Shown in pieces: positions 38,366 through 47,604 of a stretch of 64,000 nucleotides of DNA. Source of the stretch: Escherichia phage vB_EcoM_G53. How positions within the stretch are numbered: the first letter of the stretch is position 1; each line of letters starts with the position of its first letter. The notes below the pieces were generated by a model. That model was not told the origin of the DNA. It saw only the letters and a program-made list of their open reading frames with translations, and ran no database searches. The stretch lies in the sequence record MK327943.1; one strand, written 5' to 3'. A program made the translations under genes and the position numbers.

Positions 38366-38616
38366 ATGTATTCTCTTCGAATGAAGTCCTCTACATATTT
38401 TAACATGTCATCTCTATCAGCAAAATATTCATCTAGTTCTGCATACATAACAACACCTGGTGCATACTCACAGGTAACATACATTGTTCCAAAGAAACGA
38501 GGAGTTGATTCCTCGTAATTCTCAGTCCATTCAACGATACCAATATAACCGTCACCAATACTAAATTCATGACGATGGATTTCATAATCAGTCTTCGTCA
38601 TTATACGCATCCTCAA
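38362..38616 (-). CDS. small hypothetical protein
   Basis: 84-aa ORF overlapping the gene 46 start by 4 nt. Confidence 0.4.
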   Translation of the reverse strand: MRMRIMTKTDYEIHRHEFSIGDGYIGIVEWTENYEESTPRFFGTMYVTCEYAPGVVMYAELDEYFADRDDMLKYVEDFIRREYI

Positions 38617-38845
38617 TACACGCTTCAGCCATTTTAAGAATAGAGCCGGGAGTATCGTTGTCCATTATATTAAAGCTAAATTCAATGGCCCAGTCGGTGC
38701 AGACATGAACTGCTTTAACTTCATTGCCTTCAACGCGTAATGGCTCAATCCAATACTTGATAGTGTTCTCGAATCCATCATCGTCTTTAACGTCCATTTC
38801 AACTTCAAGTCCAAGCCCAGCATTATTAAATTCATCTAAAGTCAT
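38588..38845 (-). CDS. small hypothetical protein
   Basis: 85-aa acidic ORF. Confidence 0.4.
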   Translation of the reverse strand: MTLDEFNNAGLGLEVEMDVKDDDGFENTIKYWIEPLRVEGNEVKAVHVCTDWAIEFSFNIMDNDTPGSILKMAEACIEDAYNDED

Positions 38846-39861
38846 TGTGTTGCCTCAATATAAAGTTCGTTGGAATATTTGACCAGCGCTTCTCTGTCTT
38901 CGTCTGAGATATCTGGAATCGCGTCAATATATTCTTTAATGATATCTTGAAGTGATTTAATCTCGATTTCCTGGTCGTCATCAGATTCAACACTGTTATC
39001 AACTTTAGAAACCATGCGAAGAGAGTGAACTACTTTTTCAAGTTCAGATTCAAACTTAGTCAACTCTGAATCAATTTCTGATACTATAACACGTAAGGCT
39101 AGATTAGTATAATCAGAATAATTGATTTTGCCTTTAAACGGATAAGTGATTCGTCGATGCCATGTTGTTTCATTAGGAATAAATTCCATACGTTCAACAT
39201 CAGTGTCAAATACCCAGAATCCGCGCGGGTCATTCTCATCACCTGCAGTAAGGGTCCATGGTGTCCCAATATATTTGACGTTAGCAGCTTCAGAGATTGT
39301 GTGGAAGTGGCCGGACCAGACTTGTTTATAGGTCTTTAAGAAATCAGGTTCAAGCCCATGAGACTTCATTCCTTTATAGAAATAAAAGCCATTCAGTTCC
39401 CAGTGCCCAACACAATACGCTGCGGAAGAAGTCTTGATGTGCTCTAAGATTTCACCTGTATTTTCTTCACACATCCATGGAACGATATCAATCAGACATC
39501 CGTCAAAATCTACAGTAGTCGGATGCTCGTAAATAGTAAAGTTTTCAAATTGAGTTAACAATTCAGAAACAGTGTTAGGTGTTATTGTATTCTTAAACGC
39601 CATGTCATGGTTTCCTATCGTGACATGAACGTGAATGCCTGCTTTAGAAATCATATCAACGATTTCACGATTGAATTCCATTGTACGATGTGTTATTGCT
39701 TTACGGACGTCAAACCAATCACCGTACTGAATCCAAGTTTTAATCCCGTGTTTCTTAGAGTATTCAATTGCTTGTTGAATACCATCACGTTGAATATCTT
39801 GAACCCATGGGTCGTCTTGTTTGACTCCGATATGGAAGTCGCCTAAGTGCAAAATTTTCAT
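38842..39861 (-). CDS. 47: recombination nuclease subunit gp47 (SbcD/Mre11-like)
   Basis: 339-aa ORF; phosphoesterase motifs LHLGDFH, GNHD, GHWH. Confidence 0.9.
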   Translation of the reverse strand: MKILHLGDFHIGVKQDDPWVQDIQRDGIQQAIEYSKKHGIKTWIQYGDWFDVRKAITHRTMEFNREIVDMISKAGIHVHVTIGNHDMAFKNTITPNTVSELLTQFENFTIYEHPTTVDFDGCLIDIVPWMCEENTGEILEHIKTSSAAYCVGHWELNGFYFYKGMKSHGLEPDFLKTYKQVWSGHFHTISEAANVKYIGTPWTLTAGDENDPRGFWVFDTDVERMEFIPNETTWHRRITYPFKGKINYSDYTNLALRVIVSEIDSELTKFESELEKVVHSLRMVSKVDNSVESDDDQEIEIKSLQDIIKEYIDAIPDISDEDREALVKYSNELYIEATQ

Positions 39862-39884
39862 ATTATTTCCTCATTAGTTAATTC

Positions 39885-39910
39885 ATTCTATCATCCGTTT
39901 ATAAAGCAAA
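39885..39910 (-). promoter_or_regulatory. middle (MotA-box) promoter candidate for gene 47
   Basis: minus strand TTTGCTTTA box, 11-nt gap, TAGAAT; box abuts the terminator U-tract. Confidence 0.45.
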
Positions 39911-39931
39911 AAAGGAACTCCGAAGAGTTCC
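39903..39931 (-). terminator. intrinsic terminator (UUCG tetraloop + U-tract)
   Basis: minus strand ggaactc-ttcg-gagttcc followed by ttttttgcttt. Confidence 0.6.
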
Positions 39932-40104
39932 TATCCACATAGTACACCGTACAGAGGCTCATTTGAACTTTTAAATCGAATGGGCTTGTACGTAATAGTT
40001 CCTTCGGCTTTAGCTTTATCATAAGACTCTTTAAAACGTCTCATTCTTTCTGCTTTGCCTTTACGGATTTTATCGAAATTTTCAGAAGTCGGGATGTTCG
40101 TCAT
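39931..40104 (-). CDS. small hypothetical protein (57 aa), not in ORF track
   Basis: MTNIPTSENFDKIRKGKAERMRRFKESYDKAKAEG...; GAGGTG SD; stop overlaps the terminator stem. Confidence 0.35.
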   Translation of the reverse strand: MTNIPTSENFDKIRKGKAERMRRFKESYDKAKAEGTITYKPIRFKSSNEPLYGVLCG

Positions 40105-40143
40105 GCATAAGCACCTCTCAGAAAATACCTAAATCGATTTCTC

Positions 40144-40365
40144 TCATCGTTTCCACCATTTCTTAACTTGAAATGAATCGACCCACACGAGTTGTTTTGG
40201 GTCTGCCTTTACAATAGGCGGACAAATTTCTGTAATAGAACCGTCGTGATATTCCTTTTCAGAAATTTTAACACAAAGAGGACCTCCCAATTTAAGGGTG
40301 AACCCTGCGTTCAGCTTCAGACGTTTAAACTTTGTTTGAACTAGCGCCATTAATGATGTCCTCAA
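40144..40365 (-). CDS. small hypothetical protein
   Basis: 73-aa ORF. Confidence 0.35.
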   Translation of the reverse strand: MRTSLMALVQTKFKRLKLNAGFTLKLGGPLCVKISEKEYHDGSITEICPPIVKADPKQLVWVDSFQVKKWWKR

Positions 40366-40648
40366 TAGCCTGACGAGTAGTAACCCACTGGATTTTAATT
40401 AACTTGTCATTGTATGGTTGTCGTAGAATATCCCGAGATTTCTTAATAGCATATTCGTAAGCTTCGAAGTTGTTTTGAATTGCTGCTTCTTGAGCATGAG
40501 CATAAAGACGGTTTAGTTCAAAACGATTCTTTTTAAGAATCTTTTCGGATTTTTTACGTGCTTCAGCTTCATTTTTCTTTTGGATTTCTTGTAGCATTTT
40601 AGCTACTGCATCTTCTGCTTCTTTATTTTCAATAATCTCGGTAGTCAT
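40325..40648 (-). CDS. hypothetical protein
   Basis: 107-aa ORF. Confidence 0.4.
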   Translation of the reverse strand: MTTEIIENKEAEDAVAKMLQEIQKKNEAEARKKSEKILKKNRFELNRLYAHAQEAAIQNNFEAYEYAIKKSRDILRQPYNDKLIKIQWVTTRQAIEDIINGASSNKV

Positions 40649-40649
40649 A

Positions 40650-40865
40650 TTATCTCATTAAATTAAAATAAAAACGTCCATCCTCTTCAATACAGAACTC
40701 ATATTCAACTGGAGTCCCGTTTATCGAAAATGACACGTCATGTGGGTTCAAAGGGTCGATGTCAAAATTAATTTTAAATTCACGACCCAACAGTTTTACC
40801 AAATAAGGGATTGCTTCGTCAAAAGGTTCTTCTAAGTAGTTAGAGATGTCAATTGTCATCCTCAT
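40650..40865 (-). CDS. small hypothetical protein (start placed at MRMTID)
   Basis: ORF 40650..40943 trimmed to the ATG near the gene 55 stop. Confidence 0.35.
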   Translation of the reverse strand: MRMTIDISNYLEEPFDEAIPYLVKLLGREFKINFDIDPLNPHDVSFSINGTPVEYEFCIEEDGRFYFNLMR

Positions 40866-41406
40866 ATAAAAAATCCAAACTAGGCGAATCGCTAACAACT
40901 TCCTTCTTTTCAGCCCCAGGAGCTTTATAAGCGGATTCTTCATAATGCGTCATTTTATCGTAGATGTCTTGAATAAATGTTTCATCTACCAACGCTACCA
41001 TATCATCGTCATGACTGTCGTAGACATTATGAACGAAGTAACTATATTTCTTTGCAACTTCCTTACGTTCTTTTTTGATACGTTGGACAAAAGCATTAAA
41101 ACAAGCTCGAGTTATGTATGCATGTGGGTTATTGTACTTAGTTTCGTCGAAATTATGAAGTCCCTTAATAGAGGCTTCAATCCCATCTGCAATCATCTCC
41201 TGCTTCCAAGACTGGGTATATCCTGAAAAGTTGAAACGTTTGGACAGGCCTTCGGCGATAAGCATAATTGCTAAACCGATGGTATCATTCTGACGAATAA
41301 TTTTGTTTGGGTCTTTATTATTTAAGAGCTCCTTTTTCCACTCGATTATAGCGGCGAGAAGCTCTTTATTATTCACATAGTTATTTTTAGGTTTTTGTTC
41401 AGTCAT
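40849..41406 (-). CDS. 55: late transcription sigma factor gp55
   Basis: 185 aa from the ATG at 41406 (MTEQKPK...); near-identical to T4 gp55 as I recall it over [39 protein letters not shown]. Confidence 0.9.
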   Translation of the reverse strand: MTEQKPKNNYVNNKELLAAIIEWKKELLNNKDPNKIIRQNDTIGLAIMLIAEGLSKRFNFSGYTQSWKQEMIADGIEASIKGLHNFDETKYNNPHAYITRACFNAFVQRIKKERKEVAKKYSYFVHNVYDSHDDDMVALVDETFIQDIYDKMTHYEESAYKAPGAEKKEVVSDSPSLDFLYEDDN

Positions 41407-41478
41407 AAGTACCTCTTGGCTCAATTCATAGGTCTATTATATCATAATATTTAGAGACCTATCTTAAAGCACGAGATA

Positions 41479-41748
41479 CTATCGGAGCAAACAATAAGCC
41501 TGAAACACTTTTTCCATTAAACGTTTGAACTCATGGATATCGATATAAAGCTCAGTAAGACCGGCATTATAAAGAAAATCTAAAAAGTTCTCATGTGTTT
41601 CGTTATAGTCGCCTTCGTTTAATTGAGATACATGAGTTTCCCAAAAACCAACACCTTTAACGAATGGAAAATACGTGACTTTCATGTATTCGTCAACATA
41701 AAATTCGCCCAGCTTTTCTTCAGTTATACTGATTCGAGTTAATTTCAT
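41479..41748 (-). CDS. small hypothetical protein
   Basis: 89-aa ORF. Confidence 0.4.
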   Translation of the reverse strand: MKLTRISITEEKLGEFYVDEYMKVTYFPFVKGVGFWETHVSQLNEGDYNETHENFLDFLYNAGLTELYIDIHEFKRLMEKVFQAYCLLR

Positions 41749-41972
41749 TCTAGTTCCTTTGCTGCTTCAAGAGCAGCATCCAGCGAATCAAATTGGTCAA
41801 CGAAATCAATATTCAACGCATCGTCAACCGTAGCATATAACCACCATTGTTTGAATTCGTATTCTAGAATAAATCCAGGACCTTCAATCTGAGGAAGACC
41901 TAGACTATTTGTACCAACTTCGTAACCAGCTAGACGCAGGTCATTAATCAAAGTTTCTGTTAATACGCTCAT
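41745..41972 (-). CDS. small hypothetical protein
   Basis: 75-aa acidic ORF. Confidence 0.4.
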   Translation of the reverse strand: MSVLTETLINDLRLAGYEVGTNSLGLPQIEGPGFILEYEFKQWWLYATVDDALNIDFVDQFDSLDAALEAAKELE

Positions 41973-42349
41973 TTTACCGCCTTAACAATTTTAAGGTCAA
42001 CGAATTTTTTCTTACGTTGATTTTTCATACGACGGATAGTCTTTTCAGAGATTTCATGTTTCTGATAAGCTTTAGATTCAACACCAAATGCAGCAACGTC
42101 AAATTCAGAAAGAATATATTGTACTAGAATTTCACGAATAGAATTACGTCCAATTTTCTGGTCGTGTTTTTGCATGATTTCATAAAGACGGAATTCCCAC
42201 GCATCAAGAACTTGAGGAGTAACAATATTGCCAGATTCCAGAAGAGCAACAACTTTATCGAAAGCGAAAGAATTAACTACGTTTTTGATTTTAGTAGACA
42301 TATTATTTTCCTCGGTTATTTTATTATCCAACGAGAGAATTATACTCAT
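41969..42349 (-). CDS. hypothetical protein
   Basis: 126-aa ORF; start may be at the internal MSTKIKN. Confidence 0.4.
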   Translation of the reverse strand: MSIILSLDNKITEENNMSTKIKNVVNSFAFDKVVALLESGNIVTPQVLDAWEFRLYEIMQKHDQKIGRNSIREILVQYILSEFDVAAFGVESKAYQKHEISEKTIRRMKNQRKKKFVDLKIVKAVK

Positions 42350-42367
42350 CTCTCAAGAGTTTGTATA

Positions 42368-42607
42368 CTATTTTTTAAGCATGAAAAGTAAGTAATTTGT
42401 ATCACGTGGAGTAATATCAACACCCATATCAAAGATGCCTTTATAGATTGGGTATTTGTTTTCGGTTGTATCGAAGCTGAAACTATTTCCATCACAACTA
42501 ACAGTAATAGCATCTGTTAAAATGTCATACTCAATCCTAACAATTGAATCCCCAATTTTAACGTCGAGGTGTTTTTTGAATTTGATAAAATCTAATTCTT
42601 GGGCCAT
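42368..42607 (-). CDS. small hypothetical protein
   Basis: 79-aa ORF. Confidence 0.4.
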   Translation of the reverse strand: MAQELDFIKFKKHLDVKIGDSIVRIEYDILTDAITVSCDGNSFSFDTTENKYPIYKGIFDMGVDITPRDTNYLLFMLKK

Positions 42608-42670
42608 GATATTTTCCTCATTTTAAGACGATAGGAAGATAATAACATGTCTTCCTATCGTTGTACATTA

Positions 42671-42871
42671 TTAACCGAACTTTTTAGCGCCTTTCCAGCC
42701 TTCGTACATAACTGCACAAGTCAGTAGTACAGCGTGCTGGCATTCTTTGTATTTGTAAATCCAGAACCAGCGTAAGAAGTCTTCGTCCTCAACACCGTTG
42801 AGTTTCATATTGGCAAAGAATTCGGCACGTTCTTCACGAAGCTTTTGCGATAACATAGATTCAGGATTCAT
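42671..42871 (-). CDS. small hypothetical protein
   Basis: 66-aa ORF. Confidence 0.4.
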   Translation of the reverse strand: MNPESMLSQKLREERAEFFANMKLNGVEDEDFLRWFWIYKYKECQHAVLLTCAVMYEGWKGAKKFG

Positions 42872-43002
42872 TTTGTGTTCCAGGCCCCATTTTCATCGAT
42901 GAACTTAATCCAGTCATTTACAGACCATTTAGTTGTATCACCCTTTGGATTAACATTTAAAGTATATAATCCCTGCTTAAAAAGCATTCGTTTGATATTC
43001 AT
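42868..43002 (-). CDS. small hypothetical protein (44 aa; start placed at MNIKRM)
   Basis: ORF 42868..43095 trimmed to the ATG with GAGGAA SD just after the upstream stop. Confidence 0.3.
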   Translation of the reverse strand: MNIKRMLFKQGLYTLNVNPKGDTTKWSVNDWIKFIDENGAWNTK

Positions 43003-43009
43003 AATTTCC

Positions 43010-43303
43010 TCAACTGTAACGATAACATTCGTTAGCTTTACGTTTGGCTTCAGTATGAGAAGTATTATAATCATACTCTTCTTTACTGTAAACATCTTTT
43101 TTCAACTTACGAACTTCTTTGCGGAGTTGTCGATTCATTTCGTTCTTGACTTCAGAATCAACGCCTTTCATACGTTTCCATTTATCTGAGCGGAAGATGT
43201 TTTCAACCATGTCTTTGTGGCTAACACCGTCAGGAGCTTTACGCTTACCAAAATAGTCGTAATCGCGAACTTTCAAATCTTTACGACGATATGTTTTACC
43301 CAT
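43010..43303 (-). CDS. basic hypothetical protein (start placed at MGKTYRRK)
   Basis: ORF 43010..43330; ATG at 43303 with GAGGT SD. Confidence 0.4.
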   Translation of the reverse strand: MGKTYRRKDLKVRDYDYFGKRKAPDGVSHKDMVENIFRSDKWKRMKGVDSEVKNEMNRQLRKEVRKLKKDVYSKEEYDYNTSHTEAKRKANECYRYS

Positions 43304-43310
43304 AAGTACC

Positions 43311-43559
43311 TCAGAGGTTGATTGATACAACGCGTTTGATAAAATTCACTTCACTTACTGAAAGGTCTTTAAGACCGATTGATTCTAAACGCTGAGTAAG
43401 CGTCAACATCGGGATATAATCCCAATGAGTTTTATTTGCTTGATAAGTACGAACGCCATTAGCAATTTCAACGTTCAAATCAGAAATGGTAATGAATATC
43501 GGACGTTCGTTATTTACATTAAGAGATAGAACAACTTTCTTTGAATCTAAACTAATCAT
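43311..43559 (-). CDS. small hypothetical protein
   Basis: 82-aa ORF. Confidence 0.4.
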   Translation of the reverse strand: MISLDSKKVVLSLNVNNERPIFITISDLNVEIANGVRTYQANKTHWDYIPMLTLTQRLESIGLKDLSVSEVNFIKRVVSINL

Positions 43560-43738
43560 GGCTTAATTTCCTTCGCAATTGAACAGAAGATACCGCGGTC
43601 ACAAAGCATTTCACCAATTTCTGGATATTTGATTGAACGGTACCAAACATCCAGGTTTGAAACTTTGGTTATCTGTACTGCATTACCGTTGACAGAATAG
43701 TACTGGTCAACCTTAATTTCTTTATCTTCAATTGTCAT
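43556..43738 (-). CDS. small hypothetical protein (start placed at MTIEDKE)
   Basis: ORF 43556..43900 trimmed to the ATG with GAGGAA SD downstream of a GTTTAC/TAAGAT promoter. Confidence 0.35.
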   Translation of the reverse strand: MTIEDKEIKVDQYYSVNGNAVQITKVSNLDVWYRSIKYPEIGEMLCDRGIFCSIAKEIKP

Positions 43739-43871
43739 TTTATTTTCCTCTATAGTAGATGGTTTAATCTTAACACATTTATTGAGGATGTAAACTGTTT
43801 TATGAAAATATTTTTTGATTTGAGAGGGGCACAAGGAGATAGTGAAGTGAAGATTCCAATGGATTATATTA

Positions 43872-43906
43872 GAAATGAGATAAAGAAGACCAGGCGGCAC
43901 CTGGTC
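43872..43906 (-). terminator. intrinsic terminator after the thioredoxin-fold gene
   Basis: minus strand gaccagg-tgccg-cctggtc followed by a U-rich tract; overlaps the upstream stop. Confidence 0.45.
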
Positions 43907-44228
43907 AATCTTCTATGATATCAGAGTCATATCCTAATGAAATCAAGGACTTTTTAAACTCTGCAATATTCTTTTGTTTCTTATCATTTAAAAATATGAC
44001 AGGATAACGAATATTAAGTGAAGTGAATCCTGCACGTTTAGCAAGAGATATGATTAAAGGACGGTCATATTCAATCTTACCATTATTAGTGAGGACTTTA
44101 TAAAATGTATAAGGAGCATTGAGATCCTTTAAAAGTTTTGTAACAGCATAACATCCTGGACAACGTCCTACTTCTTCAGGGATGCCATAAACTTCAATTT
44201 TATTCTTTGGGTTCGAGTTTTGTTCCAC
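43905..44228 (-). CDS. thioredoxin-fold protein with CPGC motif (glutaredoxin/NrdH-like); start uncertain
   Basis: KIEVYGIPEEVGRCPGCYAVTKLL; GTG at 44228 with AAGGAA SD proposed because the upstream in-frame extension overlaps ORF 44200..44511. Confidence 0.45.
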   Translation of the reverse strand: MEQNSNPKNKIEVYGIPEEVGRCPGCYAVTKLLKDLNAPYTFYKVLTNNGKIEYDRPLIISLAKRAGFTSLNIRYPVIFLNDKKQKNIAEFKKSLISLGYDSDIIED

Positions 44229-44511
44229 GAGAAATAATTCCTTGATAAGCCCAGTACGGCGGGTTAACAGAATCATCACCAGAATTTTCTTCAGGGAAAT
44301 AAACCTGAATAACGAATCCGGATTCGTCAAAGGTAAAATACACTGTAGGCAGTTCACCAAGCAATTCGGAACGAGCGTTAATTTCTTCGAGGTCTTGCTC
44401 ACGTCCAGCCCAGAAACTATGGTTCAGTGTACACTCATAGAAATAATAGTCATTGCCAAACATGTCAAAGCCGTTCCAGCTCTCGGCGACATAACGTTCA
44501 AAACTAAGCAT
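44200..44511 (-). CDS. hypothetical protein
   Basis: 103-aa acidic ORF. Confidence 0.45.
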   Translation of the reverse strand: MLSFERYVAESWNGFDMFGNDYYFYECTLNHSFWAGREQDLEEINARSELLGELPTVYFTFDESGFVIQVYFPEENSGDDSVNPPYWAYQGIISRGTKLEPKE

Positions 44512-44513
44512 AA

Positions 44514-44768
44514 TTAGGCCTTTTTATCAAGAATACGTTCGATGCGACGAGTAATTGATTCACAACGTGCTTTAAACTCGGCAGGCGGAAGTCCCTTTTC
44601 AGGAGAAATCGTTCCAATGATGTAGAACATTACTAATGCCGGAATTGTAACCACAGCACCGATGGCCAACAAAATAACCATCACAATAAATCCGAGTGTT
44701 TGTGCTACTGCTAATCGAAATTTATACATTAGAAAAAGTTCCCGTACATTGATGCAACAAAAAGCCAT
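44514..44768 (-). CDS. small membrane protein
   Basis: 84-aa ORF with two hydrophobic segments. Confidence 0.4.
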   Translation of the reverse strand: MAFCCINVRELFLMYKFRLAVAQTLGFIVMVILLAIGAVVTIPALVMFYIIGTISPEKGLPPAEFKARCESITRRIERILDKKA

Positions 44769-44850
44769 TGAGAAGGATACTCAAGGCCCATTAGACGAAC
44801 CGCATCGTTTACTGCTTCTTGTAATGCGTAGAACACATATCCGTAAAAAT

Positions 44851-45324
44851 TCATTTAAGCGATTTCCTCAGTTGTTTTTTAAATGACGTTACCATTTTAG
44901 CTTTGGTATCGTCTTCATTATAACTAAAACCGTTTGAAAGCATTTCTGCAATCATTTCTTCTTTAGCTAATCTTGAGAACTCTTTAGTTTTGTCCGGAAC
45001 AAAATTAGGATGGATGTTATTAGCAGAATAATCTTGTTTCAAATAAGCAAGAAGAGCTTCAAGCCATTCGAGGTAGTCGACATCACGACCTTTAAGACCA
45101 GAACGGTTGAACTTATGCTTCATTTGACCTTCTGCTGCGTTGCACAGATTACAGAGTAACCCACGAACTCTACCTGCTTTTGGCCCGTTTAATTCGTGGT
45201 CGTGGTCAAGATGGTTACCTTGAACATCAGGGTCTAATTCACGGTGGCAAATAGGACACTTACCGTTCTGTGCATCATAAAATTTTTGTTTTTCTTCTTT
45301 GTATAATTTGCCAGATAATAACAT
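44851..45324 (-). CDS. 49: endonuclease VII (Holliday junction resolvase) gp49
   Basis: 157-aa ORF; zinc/HNH-like motifs CPICHRELD...NHLDHDHELNG...CNLCN; same length as T4 EndoVII. Confidence 0.85.
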   Translation of the reverse strand: MLLSGKLYKEEKQKFYDAQNGKCPICHRELDPDVQGNHLDHDHELNGPKAGRVRGLLCNLCNAAEGQMKHKFNRSGLKGRDVDYLEWLEALLAYLKQDYSANNIHPNFVPDKTKEFSRLAKEEMIAEMLSNGFSYNEDDTKAKMVTSFKKQLRKSLK

Positions 45325-45330
45325 AATAAA

Positions 45331-45361
45331 CCCTTACCATATATAGATAAGGGTATTTATA
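45331..45361 (-). promoter_or_regulatory. gene 49 control region: late promoter TATAAATA plus SD-sequestering hairpin
   Basis: TATAAATA at 45354..45361 (minus); mRNA hairpin ccctta-N11-taaggg whose 3' arm carries the SD-like AAGGG 7 nt before the ATG. Confidence 0.55.
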
Positions 45362-45363
45362 AT

Positions 45364-45543
45364 TTAGTAAACGTTATAAAAGTCTCGATGAAAACGTTTA
45401 TACTGTCGAATCATTCTTTTAGTAGGACGTGTTACCGAAATGATTGAAGTCCTCATGTTTGGATTGTTTGGAGCCCCAATCATAATAAATTTCCAGGATT
45501 TTTGGCCGTTTGTTCTTTCGCCATAAAATAGTTCAGTTTTCAT
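45364..45543 (-). CDS. small basic protein, RPTKRQ-motif family (59 aa), not in ORF track
   Basis: MKTELFYGERTNGQKSWKF...VTRPTKRMIRQYKRFHRDFYNVY; AAAGG SD. Confidence 0.4.
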   Translation of the reverse strand: MKTELFYGERTNGQKSWKFIMIGAPNNPNMRTSIISVTRPTKRMIRQYKRFHRDFYNVY

Positions 45544-45552
45544 AATAAACCT

Positions 45553-45966
45553 TTAACTTAAACGTCTTTCTAAATATTCAACGTATTCCGCTGCGGCTTG
45601 CATCAGATTACCTTCATAACCGTCATTATTTTCTTGGGCGGCTAATTTAGCTAAAGCATAAGAAATACGTTCACCTTCGAATTCGCCAAGTCCACCATCA
45701 CAAACTACTTGGTCAATTTCTTCGAGTTCATCTATTGAATGGGATTCCCAGAAGCACCAAAGAGAAGTATCACGGTCATAGATGCAAAGTTTCTCACCTG
45801 TGTTCAACATCACTTCAATAATGCCATGGTCGCCATAACCATCTTCGGTAGTAGTACCAATTACCTTGATGATCGTATCTTTCTTTAATTCAGGAAACTT
45901 GACTTGTAGTTCTTCATCTTCTTTAACAATCTTGAACCATTTACCGCGAGTTTCAGAAATATTCAT
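45553..45966 (-). CDS. hypothetical acidic protein (start placed at MNISETRGKW)
   Basis: ORF 45553..46104 trimmed to the ATG just after the stop of the upstream small ORF. Confidence 0.4.
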   Translation of the reverse strand: MNISETRGKWFKIVKEDEELQVKFPELKKDTIIKVIGTTTEDGYGDHGIIEVMLNTGEKLCIYDRDTSLWCFWESHSIDELEEIDQVVCDGGLGEFEGERISYALAKLAAQENNDGYEGNLMQAAAEYVEYLERRLS

Positions 45967-45967
45967 A

Positions 45968-46138
45968 TCAATATTCTCTATAAAAGTTACGATGAGAACG
46001 TTTAGCTTTGCGAAGCTGACGTTTAGTAGGACGAACTGTAAACGGTTGTCCAGAGAAAAAATTCGGATCGGTTTTAATAAGCAAATACCAATCATGCTTG
46101 CCATTTTTTAATAAACGGTACAATAATTTAACTTGCAT
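45968..46138 (-). CDS. small basic protein, RPTKRQ-motif family (56 aa)
   Basis: ORF-track start at 46165 is a TTG; ATG at 46138; C-terminal VRPTKRQLRKAKRSHRNFYREY. Confidence 0.4.
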   Translation of the reverse strand: MQVKLLYRLLKNGKHDWYLLIKTDPNFFSGQPFTVRPTKRQLRKAKRSHRNFYREY

Positions 46139-46266
46139 AATAATCTCTTCCCATCTCCATATCAATTAATTCATTTATTGAAGGTTCATCATAACACGTT
46201 TCTTCGTCGTTGTAAACTGTTTCGACGTCCGGCTCGACTGTCTCCCATCGAGCCGAATACCATGGC

Positions 46267-46623
46267 TTAACCCCGGAGTTTATTGAGCTCTTCATAATCA
46301 ATCCAGGATTCTAGCCCTGACGGCAGGTCACATTCAATGTTCCACAGAAGCTCTTCAATGGCTTGCAGGCGATTATATTCTTCAACGGTAATGGTAACCA
46401 TTGGTGCAACCGGTTCTGCCTTTTTAACCATCATGTCGTTCATCAGGACGTAAAGGTCATCACGAACGACAGTGTCGTTCCATCCCCATGATTTGGCTTC
46501 GTAAGCTAATGATGAAGGGAGCACATTTAAAACTTCAATAATAGTTGGAGCATCAGGACCAAGTTCATTGGCACAAACTTCGTATACATCTTGGAAATCT
46601 TTAAGATTTAATGAATATGTCAT
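46267..46623 (-). CDS. hypothetical protein
   Basis: 118-aa acidic ORF. Confidence 0.45.
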   Translation of the reverse strand: MTYSLNLKDFQDVYEVCANELGPDAPTIIEVLNVLPSSLAYEAKSWGWNDTVVRDDLYVLMNDMMVKKAEPVAPMVTITVEEYNRLQAIEELLWNIECDLPSGLESWIDYEELNKLRG

Positions 46624-46641
46624 TTAAAATTTTCTCGCAGG

Positions 46642-46938
46642 TTATTGTTCTACCCATGAACAAGAGACTTCAAAATCAGGACCACCGTATTCCCAGTGAT
46701 ATTCACCAACAGGAATCCAGTCACCGTGCTCGTTTTCTTCATAGTCCTCAGGCTCAAGGCCAACGAATCGCCATTGGACACCGATGATTCGATTACCCAT
46801 CATTACTCGAAATTCGCCCCATGGATTATCGATAGCATACTGAATATCGTTCTTGGCACGAGAGCACATTTCTTGATATAATAAAGCTTCTAATTCACCC
46901 TTGTCATAAGGACCAGGGAAAGTTAAATCAATACTCAT
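46642..46938 (-). CDS. hypothetical protein
   Basis: 98-aa Trp-rich acidic ORF. Confidence 0.45.
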   Translation of the reverse strand: MSIDLTFPGPYDKGELEALLYQEMCSRAKNDIQYAIDNPWGEFRVMMGNRIIGVQWRFVGLEPEDYEENEHGDWIPVGEYHWEYGGPDFEVSCSWVEQ

Positions 46939-47198
46939 TTAAAATATTCTCGTAGTTGGTCAAATCCACCAATGTGACTTCCGTCAGGAGCAAACACCTG
47001 AGGCATAGTCAATCCAACTTGTGATTCACGTCCAAGCTTAACCAGAAGCTCAGTAATTTTCTCATCATCGAACACACCTTTTTCCGGCATAACATTAATG
47101 AATTCGAATGGTTGTTTCTTAACAGTCAGCAATCGTTTCGCATTATCACAATAAATGCATTTATGAATAGTAGAGTCATACCCGTACACTTTAAACAT
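46935..47198 (-). CDS. nrdC: thioredoxin NrdC
   Basis: 87 aa from MFKVYGYDS; CIYCDNAKRL active site; near-identical to T4 NrdC as I recall it. Confidence 0.85.
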   Translation of the reverse strand: MFKVYGYDSTIHKCIYCDNAKRLLTVKKQPFEFINVMPEKGVFDDEKITELLVKLGRESQVGLTMPQVFAPDGSHIGGFDQLREYFK

Positions 47199-47604
47199 TA
47201 TTTTTCCTTTCATCGATTAAATATGCAATGCCAAATACAATACATGTAATAAAACCTGTGATACAGATAGAAACCAACAATACTGTACCAAAGAACCAAA
47301 TCAAGTTATCTTTGGTAGTTTGTTTGATATCCATCTCACGAATTTCTATAGCTATCGTATCACCTTTATTCAGAAGCGTATAAAACGATGGCGATACACG
47401 CCTGTCAAAAACTCGTCCTTGCTCATCTTTATAGACTGCAATAAATTCTAATTTAGAATATTTTCCTGTAGATTGGCCTGAGATTAATTCCACTACCTCC
47501 ACAGGAATTACTTTAGTTTCCATGTAAGTATTCTGGCTGTTCCAAATGAATGGAATAATAGCAAAAACTAAAGCTGCGATAAAACAACGAAGGCTATATC
47601 TCAT
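47191..47604 (-). CDS. membrane protein
   Basis: 137-aa ORF with N- and C-terminal hydrophobic helices. Confidence 0.45.
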   Translation of the reverse strand: MRYSLRCFIAALVFAIIPFIWNSQNTYMETKVIPVEVVELISGQSTGKYSKLEFIAVYKDEQGRVFDRRVSPSFYTLLNKGDTIAIEIREMDIKQTTKDNLIWFFGTVLLVSICITGFITCIVFGIAYLIDERKNNV

